The notes beneath the pieces are model-generated. The model was not told where the DNA came from and ran no database searches. It saw only the letters and a list, made by a program, of their open reading frames with translations. From Amoebophrya sp. A120 (Eukaryota; Protista; Dinoflagellata), in contig CAJINV010000020.1 of NCBI GenBank assembly GCA_905178155.1, positions 1,250,016 through 1,314,015 of the forward strand: DNA of 64,000 bases. The letters are read 5' to 3'. This document shows, piece after piece, positions 49,282 to 61,700 of the stretch; within the stretch, counting starts at the first letter, position 1, and the number at the start of each line of letters is the position of its first letter. The translations under genes were made by a program, and so were the position numbers.

Positions 49282-49922
49282 CGCAGTGGGCGGGGCGAAT
49301 CTTCACAAAGAAGTTAAAGGACACGGACAATGTGGAGGCAATTAATAAAAAGCCTTACTCCACGTTTTCTCTCTGTTGACCACGTCAAGGTCGTTTAAAC
49401 GAATATCAAGATGAACAACGGCACTCGCAGGTAATACAAATACTCTTTTTCCCTCGGTTGTAGTTCGTGTTCATGTCTCTTCCGTATACGTGTCACAACT
49501 AATTCGTCTTCTACCCTCACCCAAGTCATCCCCCACTCACTGAAATGAACGTTGACCAGCGTACTACGAGCTTGCTTCAGAGCAAAGAGAAAGAACATGA
49601 ACAACCAATTTTCTGCGCCGGTGGGGCTCGTGCATGTAACATCGTTAAACGGAAGCGAAACGAATAACTTTTTTTCGCATAATTTTTTTCAAGAATGAAT
49701 GGGATGGTACTAGTTGCCTGCCGATTGAGATAGAGATTGATAGATAGTACGTAGTCAGAGTTTATTCTTAAGTATTCTTTTTGTTTCTTTTATTGAAGCA
49801 CCTAGGACGCGGCGGAGCTTTTTCGCAGCTACCATCTTTAATATAGGGTTTCTTTGCGTTTGCCCGCCTTTTGTTCATTGTTCCACATTCCCGTCGTCTT
49901 GCTCTTGTCCCATCCCGACCTC

Positions 49923-52900
49923 CTACCCTGCATCCTCATCCACCCCCGCAGCTACCGCTTCTTCTTGAAGATCTTGTTCAGCGTCATTTTCGTTTTCGTT
50001 CTCCTGATTCGACTGTTCCTCATCGTCAACCGTTAGATCCAGGTCGTCCAGTGTAATCCCCTCAAAGTCGCTGGGAGAAAAAATTGGCTTTTCATCCTCT
50101 ACTTCTCCCGGCTCGTACAGTCGCCTGTTTTCTTTCACCGCCGCAAAAATTTCCTCGTCCTGCAGAAACTCCCGCGGTATGGCCTTGACGGCAGCTTTCC
50201 GCCCCCTTTCGCCTCGCAACGCGGCGAGCATTAGCTGCTTTCCCTGTGCCGGGCTTCGAAGCAGGCCCGGACAGACGAAGCGCAGTGCTTTCCCCGTGTT
50301 CGTGACCGCTGCCATCGCGAGTTTGAAGTTGTGTCGCAGCGGCGTGTAGGCCAACGCTGTGCCGTCGATCTGCACGAGCTTCAGCATACGGTCGAAGTTT
50401 TGCAGCGTGTTCTTATCGTGCCACTTCAAGCCGCTAAGGACCTCCACGTTGCCGGCGATGGCAACTTCGTACAGGAATTCAGCGCGACGGGAAACGAGCG
50501 GGTGATCATCCGCAACATCCAAATACGTGCCAGCGAGGTAGTGCACGTAGGTGGTACTTTTCAAAGCGGCTTGAAAAATATCCTCATCCGCAACGCCGAG
50601 GAATTTCTCGCCGCGAGCGAAAAAAATCGCCTCCGGATTCTGCTTCACGGCTGCCAGAACGACAGCGCGGCACTCCATGCGCATTTTCATCGGACAATGT
50701 TTCAGCGCCAGGCCGTTCTGCGATACAGCGACAAGGCAGAGTTCCTCGTCCTCAAGCAACTTGACCGGGACGTGCTGCAGCGCCAAGCCGTCATGCTGCA
50801 AAGCAGCCCTGATTATTTTTCGATCGTTCCGCAAAGCCCAGCCAGCGTACCGAATCGCCTTTCCGTTCTGCTGCACTGCAGCGAAGACAATCTCGAAGTC
50901 GCACCGGTTTGCGCATGAAGTTCGCGACAATAGTGTGTCGATGGAAAGAGCGCCGTCCTTCAAAAGGCTCTTTGCGGGGTTTGTATATATGCCCAGATGT
51001 TCGCTCCACTTCCGCAACGCCAGGGCATCCTCTTTCTGCTCTTTAGACAATTTGCTGCATGAACTCCTGATCGTCTGCAATTTCTCGGCCACCTGGCGAA
51101 TTACCGCGAGAACGAAGCGTCGGTCCGCAAGTACTTCTGTGCTGGCAACCTTGGTGGCGAAACAGAAATCGATCTCCACAGCTTTATGAAGAAATGCCGC
51201 GTCTCTTCGAAGAACCCACGGAAACTGGTAGTCAGCGTAATAGTAGCCGTACTTACGTCGTCTCTCCTGGGGCGACGTCGCATGGCGTAACACATTCAGC
51301 CAAAACTCGGGGCTGAATTGTTTCTCCGGAGGGAATTTCGCTAAGAGGTCGGACGACTCCAAAACCAAATCTGCGAAATTCGGGCCCATTTGCACCGCCT
51401 GCACCTTTTCCTCCGATTTGAGAAAGTCGAAGAATTTGCTGTCGATGCGGTGCGGCGATTCCGTTTCCGCTATACACCTCAAGAGCGACGGATCTCCTTG
51501 TTGTTCCGGACTCAGGCTCATCCAAAAGTCACACAGAGGCCCTTCATCCGGAGCGTCCTCATCCTGCGGATCAATAGGTCGATCGGTCCTCAAAACTGAC
51601 CGCAAGAATTTCTTCGGCACCTCTGGGGCCAGCTCTGACCGATACTTGCTACGGAGGAGTTCCCATACCTTGTCGGGCACCTCGCAGGCGAGCGCTGCTA
51701 CGACAAGGGGGAGCGCCTCCCTGGCAGATCCTTGTCCGCTCTGCTGGTGGTTCTTAGCGATTGCGAGAAGAAGATGGCGAGCGTTAGCTGCAAGCCAATT
51801 TCTGCTGTTGTCTAGGAATCCCGCAAAACGCCACATGTCTTCTTCTTGCGGCCAGTAGAGCAACCGCTCCCCCTTCAGAGTTGCTTCAGCTGCGGCGAGG
51901 ATGACTTCTTGTTGCAGTCGAACGTCGTCATCGAGTCGAGGGAAGCACAGGAAACCGAACATGCGGGCGGTGGTCACCGCGAGAGCGGAACACGCCCGCG
52001 ACTTCGGCGATGTGAACATCTCGAATGCAAGGGCGGTGAAATAGCTTCCGTATACAGCTTCACACATGAATCGCCCGTCCTTTTGCAGCACTTTGAGGAG
52101 CGTCGTATCGGCGACGGAAGCGAGAGTCGAGACCGAAGACTGTGGACGAGGAGCAAGGGCCCCCCGCGAATCAGCTCCTGTCGGTTGAAAAACACGACCG
52201 GCAACATTCACAATTTCATATAATGGCGGATGACCCCGCCTGGGAGAACTAACGTCGGGAAGAAGGTGACCGACCTCGCACACGAGGTCAGCGATTTCCT
52301 GCAGAGAAAGCGGTATCTTTTTCCACCCCGAAAAGAAGAAGTCACCAGGTTCTCCCAGGTTTTCAACAAAACGCTGATCACCGCGGATAAAAGCCTCCCG
52401 AAGTGCCCCTACAAGGCCAAGATGTCGAACCAGGGCCGCGGCTCCGGAATTCGTATCAGCAGACGAACGTCCTCGTCCTGGTCCGCGCACGGTGGTCGTC
52501 GTGTTGAACTCTGAGGCCGCCCCCGCGCCGCCGACAAGTGGGAGGTGGGCTTGGGCACGGAGAATGTCAGGAACTCCGTCAATATCAGCTGTATTCCCAG
52601 CGGAGGCGCCTTCTCGTGACGACCCGGTTTTGTGCGGACCGATGTACTCTATGTACGTGGCCTTTGGATCAAAGTTGCGGTTGTAGGGCAGGAGCTCCCG
52701 TGAGAACGGGGTCAGAGCAAGATGTTCACCGCGGGTCCAAGATTCGAGGTACTTGTCAAGCCCGTCTCCGGAAATTCCGCATGCGAGCGCTAGTCGAGCG
52801 ATTGCTCCGAAAGCGTGTATTGCCGTGGAGGTGCGAGTGCGTTTCCATTTCGGGGGCCGCGTCAGAACCGGTCTCATCTCATTGTCTGAATCTTCGCCGT

Positions 52901-54975
52901 CTCCTAAGACGAATCCGAGAAGGATGTGTGAAGAGTAATTCTTTTCGGAGAATGTAGTTGGGCCCATCGCGTACAGCAACATCAGCGGGATTTTCGGGCG
53001 GTTCGCAGTCCCCGTGCATACCCACTTGGTACCGTCCCGCAGTAGGCTCATTGCGCGCCCTGTTTTAATGGTTCTGCAGCTTTCACCCAGACCGAAGTCT
53101 TCACTGTCTGTGATCTCCCGGGCGTTACACGACTCGCCCGAAAAGTCACTTGACGCAACTTTCGAAGCCCACGCCAGTAGCCAGAGATCTTGGTCGTTGG
53201 CCAACACTGATGGACTACCCTCGTCATAGTTATCTCCGTTTGCGCGAACGAGCTCACACATGAATTCCCGATTCCTTCGGAACTTGGCCCCGGCTGGGGT
53301 TCCAAGAAATGCCTTTACGACGCGTGGATCCAGTTTGCAAAAAAACTGCAGGAGTTGGTCCATAACGAAATCGGGAGTTGCAAAAAGCGTTGCAGTCTTC
53401 GTGTCAGTTCCAACCTCGTCGAAAATGACGTGCATTCCCGGCGGACCAAAATGGTCTTCAAGCGTCTGCAGATGCGCGTACAAGCAGTCGGGGTCGGCAG
53501 CGAACATCACATCCAGCTCTGGCAGTATCCCCAATGGCTGCGGAAAAAAATCATCATCATCACCGTAGCTGGTCAGATTGCGAAGGCGAAGAATATCTTG
53601 CGCGACGCAGATATTTTCGCTTTTCCATTTCGATGCGTCAGGAAGAAAGTTGAAGTGCTGGAGGATTTCACGAAGAACCAGCTGCTGCTCATCACCACGT
53701 CCGCCAAGATTTGAGAGCGCCTCCAAGATGATGTTGACGTCGCGCTTCAGCCGCGGACTCACTGAGTCTTCGTAACGGCATCCGTGCCTGCGCACCGCAA
53801 GCATGGCGAGGGTAAAGTCGTCGCGCAGCTCCTCTCGCAACCAACCGTCCGAGAAGAACTATTGTTTTTATAAATTTTTTTCTTTGGTCAGCGTTGTCTG
53901 TGCTTCTGCTTGATTGAATGAATTCACTTCTTGTAGTACTTCTACTTGCATCAGGATGAGGCTGCATGTTCAAAAAAATTTTTTTCACTAAATCAAATAC
54001 AAGCCGTCCGCCGTACTGCGAGGCAAAGGCGACAAACTCCTTGTTCCGATGTAACTCCTCGGAGCAGTAGCCTTCCACAATTTCCCAGCAGCATTGGATG
54101 ACGCGATCTTCGTCATCACCACCAACACGGACCGCAACGCAGACGCTGTCCAGTATCGCCGTCATCAGCAAAAAATCACTGGGTCCAACGTCCTTGTCCT
54201 CGTATTTCTCCAAGTCATGTAACCAGGGTCCAATTACCAATATTTCGTAGTCCTCATCCTCCTGTACTTCGTTTTTCCTGCCACAGAAGCGAAATTGCTT
54301 CGCACTCTTCCACGTTTCAAGCAAAGCTGTACGCTCGATGGCTAGAAGGCGAGGGCCTCTAGTCTTCGTAGGAAGTGAAGAAGCGTCCTCCGACTTGCTC
54401 CTGCGTGATTCGTTTTCTGATGCGGACCCAGGATCTTCGTCAATCGCATCCCCAGGAGGCTCCAAATCGAAATCCCTTGCAGTTGCAGTTCCGTTTCGGG
54501 TGTTACTCAGTCGCCGTGCGGCTGCAGCATTCGTCCCTGCTGACCCTGCTGGGCCTCGTGACGGCACAAGATCGCCATCCTCTCGTCGTCCAACTGGTGC
54601 GCTGAGTTCGCCGTCGTCATGATGCTCCTGCCCCTGCAGCTGCTGCGCCGAGCGTTCTCTTTTTCTGCTCTCGGAGATTCGACGGCGTTTCGCTTGGTCA
54701 TGATCACCCCCACCTTCTTCTTTCGTGCTTTCGTCCACAAGAAAATACTCCTCCTTATCATCGGTATACTGTGCCTGCGTTTCCCCATCGAGAAGGCTGA
54801 CATACTGCGCTGGAATGCCTTTCTTCGCGGCAACTGTTCTGCGGATGTCACCCACGAGAAGCGGCTTGCCGTCGGTCGGAGCAGGAACGACGCATATTTC
54901 GTGATTACCGGCGTCAAAAACCGTAACTGAGGACGGTATTAAGAACTTGATCTGTGATTCAGCGGCTTCCGGCAT
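49923..54975 (-). CDS. DUF4116-repeat protein, paralogue 1 (~1636 aa), possible N-terminal ubiquitin-like fold; one GT-AG intron 53859-54000
   Basis: Repeats DFEIVFAAVQQNGKAIRYA..LRNDRKIIRAALQHDGLALQHV..DEELCLVAVSQNGLALKH. The 142-bp intron repairs the frame (QYGGRL|FFSDGW). Likely start MPEAAES. Confidence 0.82.
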
Positions 54976-55710
54976 CTCTACAGGGATAGAGAGCAAGAGA
55001 AGAAGCAGGCTATATTTTTCAAGACTAACATACAAGTTGTTTTTTCTTTTCAATCACTATCACATAATTTTTTTTCTTTAGCATAGGCTGCGAGAGAAGA
55101 GGACTACGGTCAGCGATAGTCGCAAACAAGTGCTAACATGACGCCCTTGATGTTGTAGTTTTCTAAAGATTGTATTGTGAAGTCTCAAATTGCTTTTCTG
55201 CTTCGTCCAACTTAGGACTGCAAAGATGAACATGAAATTGAAATCACTATCATATAATTCGGTCCTTGGAAGTTCTGTACTTGCTGTCTCGTCAGCGGCG
55301 CGTGGCTTCATTTATCATTTACCATCATCCCCCTCCTGCTCGAGGGGTTCCACCTGTTCGCTTTCGTGCCTTGACAGGACAGAGCGCAACCAGCAGGAAC
55401 AACAAAAAGGAACAACGGACCACCGAGTGGTTAATATCACATCGATTCCCATTCGTCACGACCAGCTGACATCGAAGAAGTCGATCACTTGATGCATATA
55501 GTCAATGTGCCTGTTTTTGTTCTTTTTTATCGTAAGACCAAGATGTATCAGTTCGCGACGTGCACGTAGTTTCGATCATGCATGCCACTGCTGAAGAGTG
55601 TGGAGAGATTGGAGCCAGGAAATGGGGTAAATCGCTCTCACATGTTCAAGGCGTGGTCATGAACATGATCTGGCGCGCCGTTCGGGTTTAGTCATACGAA
55701 AAAAGAGTCA

Positions 55711-58700
55711 TCACTTGGCTTGTCCCGCCCCTTGCGCCGAGGCCGTCTCGTCGCCGAGGAACCCTGTAAACGCGACGCCTCTAAAATCTTCAGCATTAAA
55801 GAACGGAGGTAGTTTTTCTTCTCTTTCCTCGTTGAGCTTCTCCAATACTCCCCTAATTTCTGGATCGCGCAGGTGCGTCCGTGGCACGGCCGCCACCGCA
55901 GACTGCCGCCCCCGCTCGCTCTGTAGTGCCGCAAGCACGAGCTGCTTCCCCTCCTTTGCCGACCGAAGCAAGGTCGGACACACGTGACGGAGCGCGGCGC
56001 CGGTGTTTTTCACGGCGGTCATTGCAAGGTCGAACTTTCCTCGAAGTGGTGTGTATGCCAGCGCTTCGCCATCCACGGCGACCAACCTACTCATGCGGTC
56101 GTAGTTGTTCAACAGCGCGCGGTCGTCGTAATCCAACAGGGTCAGGGCGTCCGTGTTGCCTGCCAGGGCCGCTTCGTACAGGAATTCCGACCGCCTCGAC
56201 GCGAGCGGGTGGTCCTCCGAGAGCCTCTGCCCCCCTCCCCGCGTGGTGGCGTGCCAAGGTAAAAGGTAGTCCGTCAGCACCCGGCTCTTCAAACTCGCTT
56301 GGTAGATCTCGGGGTCCCCCGCCCCAAGCAACTTCTCGCCCCGGACGAAGCACACCGCATCCGGGTCGTTTCGCACGGCCGCGAGGACGATGGCGCGGCT
56401 CTCCCTACGGAGCTTCATTGGGCAATACTTCAGCGCCAGCCCGCACTGCGACACCGCGGCGAGGCAGATGTCCTCGTCTTGCGCAAGGTGGTGCGGCAAC
56501 TGCTTCAACGCAGCGCCGTCCTGCTCCACCGCCGTCTTTGCGATGCGCTTGTCGCTCCGCAACCGCCAGGACGCGTAGCGAATCACCTGGCCGTTGCGCT
56601 TCACCGCCTCCTCCACAAGCTCCTCGTTGTTACAGTTTGCGCGCGTCGTTCCGAGTAGAAGTTTCTCCACGGCTTTGCGGAGCGATTCGGCCAGATACAG
56701 CGCTTTCTGCTCTGCTTTAGACTGGTAGAATTTTTTCGGTTTGACATCCCGCGCAGCCACGTCTCTGCCACAGCGAGAGCCTGCTTCTTTGCGAAAGATG
56801 GCGCAAGCTTCCACCGGAATAATTCTGAGAACCTCCAAAACGAAATCCTTTGAAGCCAGAACCTCCGCGCCGGCCAGCCGCGCGACGAAGAGCGGATTGA
56901 TTTTTGCGGCGCTTCGCATGAAGTCCGCGTTGCGACGCAGGGCCCAGGGAATCAGGCACCACTTGAAGGAGATGTTTCGCGAGTGCTGCTCCTCCGTCGT
57001 CAGCGCGCGCAGTGCGTCGAGCCAGAACGCGGGATCAAACTGGGTATCCGGAGGAAGCAGCGCCGTCGCAAAGGGCGAGTCGAACAGATGGCCCGCCAAC
57101 TTGGGTCCGGCCAACACCGCGCGGACCCGCATATCCGGTTTTAACATGGCGAATACCTCCGCATGGACCATTTCGTCTGCGGATTCGGCCAAGCACTGGA
57201 GCAGGAGCGGATCGTTTTCCCGCTCGGCCAGAGACAAACTCGACCAGAACGCCAGGAGCGGCTTATCAACTGCAAAAATGTCTGGGTCTGGAAGGTTAGA
57301 ACCTGCCATGCTAAATCTAAATGATGCAAAAATCTGTGTTGCGTGAGTGCCAAAAGCTGTCCGCTTTTGACCAAGCTGCGAGGGAGTTTCTCCCGCAGGA
57401 AAGGCATGCTAGAGACCTCAAAGCATCTGCCATGCTGGGTCTCGCATTCCAGACCTCATGGGTCATGGAAAACCTGCATCACAAATCTTGCATTCTTCCA
57501 GACCCAGACATGTTTACATTTGATACGGCTGAAACTCGCCTGATTCCGGGTCTCCGCCGGGTTCCTCTCCGCGCCAGATGCGCTGCGAACTCACGGTGGC
57601 TATTGCCCGACAAAATTTTCGCCGCAGTGATGGGCTGAGGTTTTTTCGCGCGTCCTCCGGCAGCAGCGACCAAAGCTTGTAGGGAATGACGCATCCCAAC
57701 GCGGCTAACACGGTCAAAGACTCTTCCTCGTCCATTTCGCGAGACTGGATCAACTTGAGAATGTGGTGTTCCGCGTCGTTCGCGAGCGTGCGAATGTATG
57801 CCACAAATTCCATGCCCGTAATGGGGAAGGTGGTCCCTAATATCGGGCGCAAAAATCGCGTGTCCCAGCCCCAACCAAACTGCTTTTCCGGGGTCAAACT
57901 GGCCGCAGCGACGAGAACGTCTTTGCGCCGCCGGTCTTCCTGTGAGAGATGGGGAAAGCAGCTGAACCCGAGAACAGACGCTGCCGCCACGACGAACTTT
58001 CTTGCGGGTGGACCACCGGGATTGATATTACCAGCAGCTGCGCCCGTGGTTGATGCACCAGTGGAGTTGAGTGCGATTTTTGTGAAAGCCTCCCCAAGGG
58101 CATGCCCGCCATAGAGCAAGTCCGCAAAAAAATCGACGTCGCTCCTCAAGATTTCTTCCGCAAAGAGTTCGCCTGGGTCGTCGTCGTTAACCTTAAGAAC
58201 CAGAAAGGTGTCCACAGAAATATTCGCAGCAGGTGTAGGGGCGCTCATGCTCGTATTCACGTTGCCCTGCTGGCCATTGTCGTTTTCGACTTTTATTTGT
58301 GCTACGACAGCAGGAGAGCCTGCATTATCATCCCCCGTCGTTTTCGGGCCGCCAGTATTTTGTTCGCGTTCGGTGCGGGCGAGAGCAGAGCCACTGACAT
58401 CACGACCCCCTTGTGAATTATTGCTCGAAGGAGCTTCGGTCGGCACCGAAATAGTACCAGTAGGTGCAGCTGCTGCGGCGCCAGTTGTTTCGGGAGCAGA
58501 CTCGCCCTGCTTCGTGGAACTGCCGTGGTCCACCCCTTCCAGCTGCCGAGAGAGCGCGAAAGTCGCTTTTTTCCAGTTGGTTTCCTGCAAGACCTTGTAG
58601 ATGAGACGGAACGCCAAGCTGATCTCCTGTGGGGACTTCGCACCAGCCCCGCCACCGTGTGACACGAGCAGATGCCCGGCTTCTTGAAACGGTCGGGCGA

Positions 58701-61700
58701 ACTCCCGCTGCGAGCACGGGGCGAGTTGTGCGCTAGCGCGCGGTACCTTTTTCATCGAGCTTGTTCCGCGAGGACCCTGGTTCTTGTCATTCTCTTTGTC
58801 AGTGGTCTCTTCAGTCGTTTTGTTCACAGTTACCTGCGAGTTTTGAGCACCACCGTGCTGTGCGTTCGTCGTCGTCGTCGTAGCGATATTTGTTTCATCG
58901 TCCCCACGACCTGCTGATGTCGTATTGCGTTCCTCCTCAGCTGCGGGTTCTTGGTTTTGTTCATCATCTCTATCTCTTTGCGCCGGCTCATTTTCCTTCG
59001 CAGGGCGCTGCCCGAACATCCTCAGGATTGATTCCAGAAAGGTGAATTTCCCGCGGGCGACCATCTCGCGCAGCTCGTCGACCGGGTGGAACTCCACATA
59101 CCGCTCGGCCTTGATGCGATTTGCCCTGGCTTCTCGTTCCGCCCGCGGCTGCGGCCAGGGCTCCGTGCTATCCCTTTTGTAGCACGCCAGCCACTCGTCC
59201 TCCTCCGCTTTCGTGGCCCGCAGACAGTCCGGGACGCCGTCCAGACTCGGCGACGAAGCGGGGCTCAGCCGCTTGGAATACGCCAGCTTCTCGCGCCACC
59301 GGGGGTCCGGCCAGAAATTGAAGTCACGATCCACAAACCAGTCCATCATAGGTTTTGTCTGCTCCGGCAGCAGCCCGCGGCAGAATCGCAAGAGGTGCGC
59401 GTCCAGCCCTTCGCAGGATCCTTTCCGGCACGCAAGCGCAACCCGCGCTACGGGGCCAAACGCGTGGATGGCAGCCTCATGCCGCTTTAGAAATAGCCCG
59501 GTAGTAGTTGTGGTCGTTGTTCCGGCAGAAGAGGCAGCTTGGTCGACAGAAGCTGCAGTCTTAATATCGTTGCTCTGCGTGGTGGTCGCGTAGTGCTCAT
59601 CTACTTCATCGTCGTCGGTACCCCCGCCTTTGTTCGAGAGCCACAAGAGGTTTGAACTCGCAGCGGCGTCTTGCGCAAACAACATGGGACAGCGTGCATA
59701 GAGATCAAGCAAGAACTCCTTGTCCGGCACTTCTGCGGGTTGCCGCTCCTCACGCGGCTGCTCGTCGTTTTGATGCGTAGTTTGGCTCTGCTGGTCTTTT
59801 CCTTCAAAAAGCCACTTCTTCCCGGCCCGCAGCAGACTGAGCAGCTGGCCCTCCGCAATGGCCGTCTGCACGGCGTCCTCGCGACCGAGCAGCTCCGCCC
59901 CCGTGCAGGTGTTGCTCACCAGCTGCGAGGCGAAGACGTCCCCGTGGCCCAGCGAGTCGGCCTTCGCCACCAGGGCGACACGCCAGAACTCCTTGTCATT
60001 CTGGAGGGCAAAAGACGCGAGTTCAAACGCGTCCGGGTGCGCGCGGTATGCAATACAAATTTCCCGTACATGTACAACATGCATCACAAATTTCACCAAT
60101 TTGGAGCGTAAAACTTGTCATGCTAAACTAGGATCGAAGCCAAGTTTTGTCATGCAGAGACCGAATTTGTACGTGTACGGGAAATTCACTGTGGATACGC
60201 GGACCAGCTCCAGCATGAACTCCCGGTCGCGGCGGAAACGGGTGCCGGAGGACGACCGCAAAAACTCGCGCGCCATCCTCCAGCTGGAACACAGGTAAGG
60301 CAACAGGTCGTCCATGATGAAATTCTTGTCGGACAGCAAAGTGGGGGGAGTAACCTCGTCATCCTCTGCATGGTAAATATGCATTGCAAAACCAGAAGCA
60401 TCATCGCACTCTGCGTCTACGTGCTAGTATAGATCGCATGACAAATCATGTTCTCAAGAAGATTCGGGTACGAAGAAACTACCGGTACAAAGTACTAGAA
60501 ACGACTATAGGCTACGTGCTCGATAGTTTTGCAGTGGATAGTCAAACGCGTCCTGCAACCAGTCGCCGGCGCCGAGCTGCTTCAAGCCATTCGCAAAAAA
60601 GGAGCACACGCAGTCCTTGTTCGACTTCACCCCCCAAATGAGGTTCCCCAGCACGCCCGCGCCGTGCATCAGGTGCCCGTAATGGCGCAGGATGTCGTGG
60701 GCCACGTATTTGCAGAGGTGCCGCCGCAGATCCCACTTCTTCGCGGCCGCGTCCCAGCCCAGTTGCTGCGCCTCCGGCCCGCCCAGCTTGTTCGTGAAGA
60801 GCGTACTCCACTCATTGAACAAATTTTCCTGCACCGCCTCGTCTGTGTCACCCGGAACCGCGTTGCCGTGGCCCAAGCTCAACGCCGCCATAAAGGTCTC
60901 CAGGATGATGTTCGGATCCGTCTTCAGCCGGTCGCTCACCAGCTCCCGGTAGAACTTCTCATGGCTGCGGACCATCAGGGTGGCGATGCGTTCGTTGTCG
61001 CGCAGATCCTCGTGCAGCCAGTCCTCGCTGAAAAACTGTGGAGCCGTGTTTATTTGATGATATTCAAAAACAAGTAAATGCTGTTGATAAACCTCCTTGC
61101 ACGTGGTGCAAGAGCAAGAAAAAAGCACGCATAGGTGTCGAAAAGGCGCAGCAGATACAGGCCAGCTCAACAACGTGAGCTGCATACGTGTGAAAGAAAA
61201 AGTCCGCAGCTAAAGGTAAAGGATCTCTGGCAACGGTATGCGCATGACAGAGTGTACAACATGTACATAGAATTCCAAACAAAAACTAAGACTAACCATC
61301 AGTAAATTGAGACTCAGACTACGTGTGCGTATTTAAATTTATGACAATTCAACACTGTACGAAAATCCCTCCGTACTGTGTTCCGTGCGCGACAAACTCC
61401 TCCGTCCTCTGCAGTTCCTCAGACGCCGCGTCGAACACGTCCCAACAGCATTCCTGGGCGCGCTGCTGCCGCTCGGGCAACCCGTTCCCGTCGGTGGGCT
61501 CGCCCGTGGCGAGGTTCAACTCCACACAGATACTATCCAGCAAAGCCTTCATCGTGGCCCGGTCCGACCTGTATGACAGTGCACAACTCCCCCTCCCCCT
61601 CATTTGTATGTTGGCATGAACAGCAACACAAACACCAGCACGCGTGGGGCCTCTGCATGACAAATTCATGTGCCTAGTGTAGTTCTGTTTGGGCTCGCAA

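Noticed and set aside
53860-53999. Possible ancient IR introner in the GT-AG intron (TAT...ATA, A/T tracts)
   Set aside because: The match is low-complexity, there is no DR or internal motif, and the intron position is shared with the paralogue.
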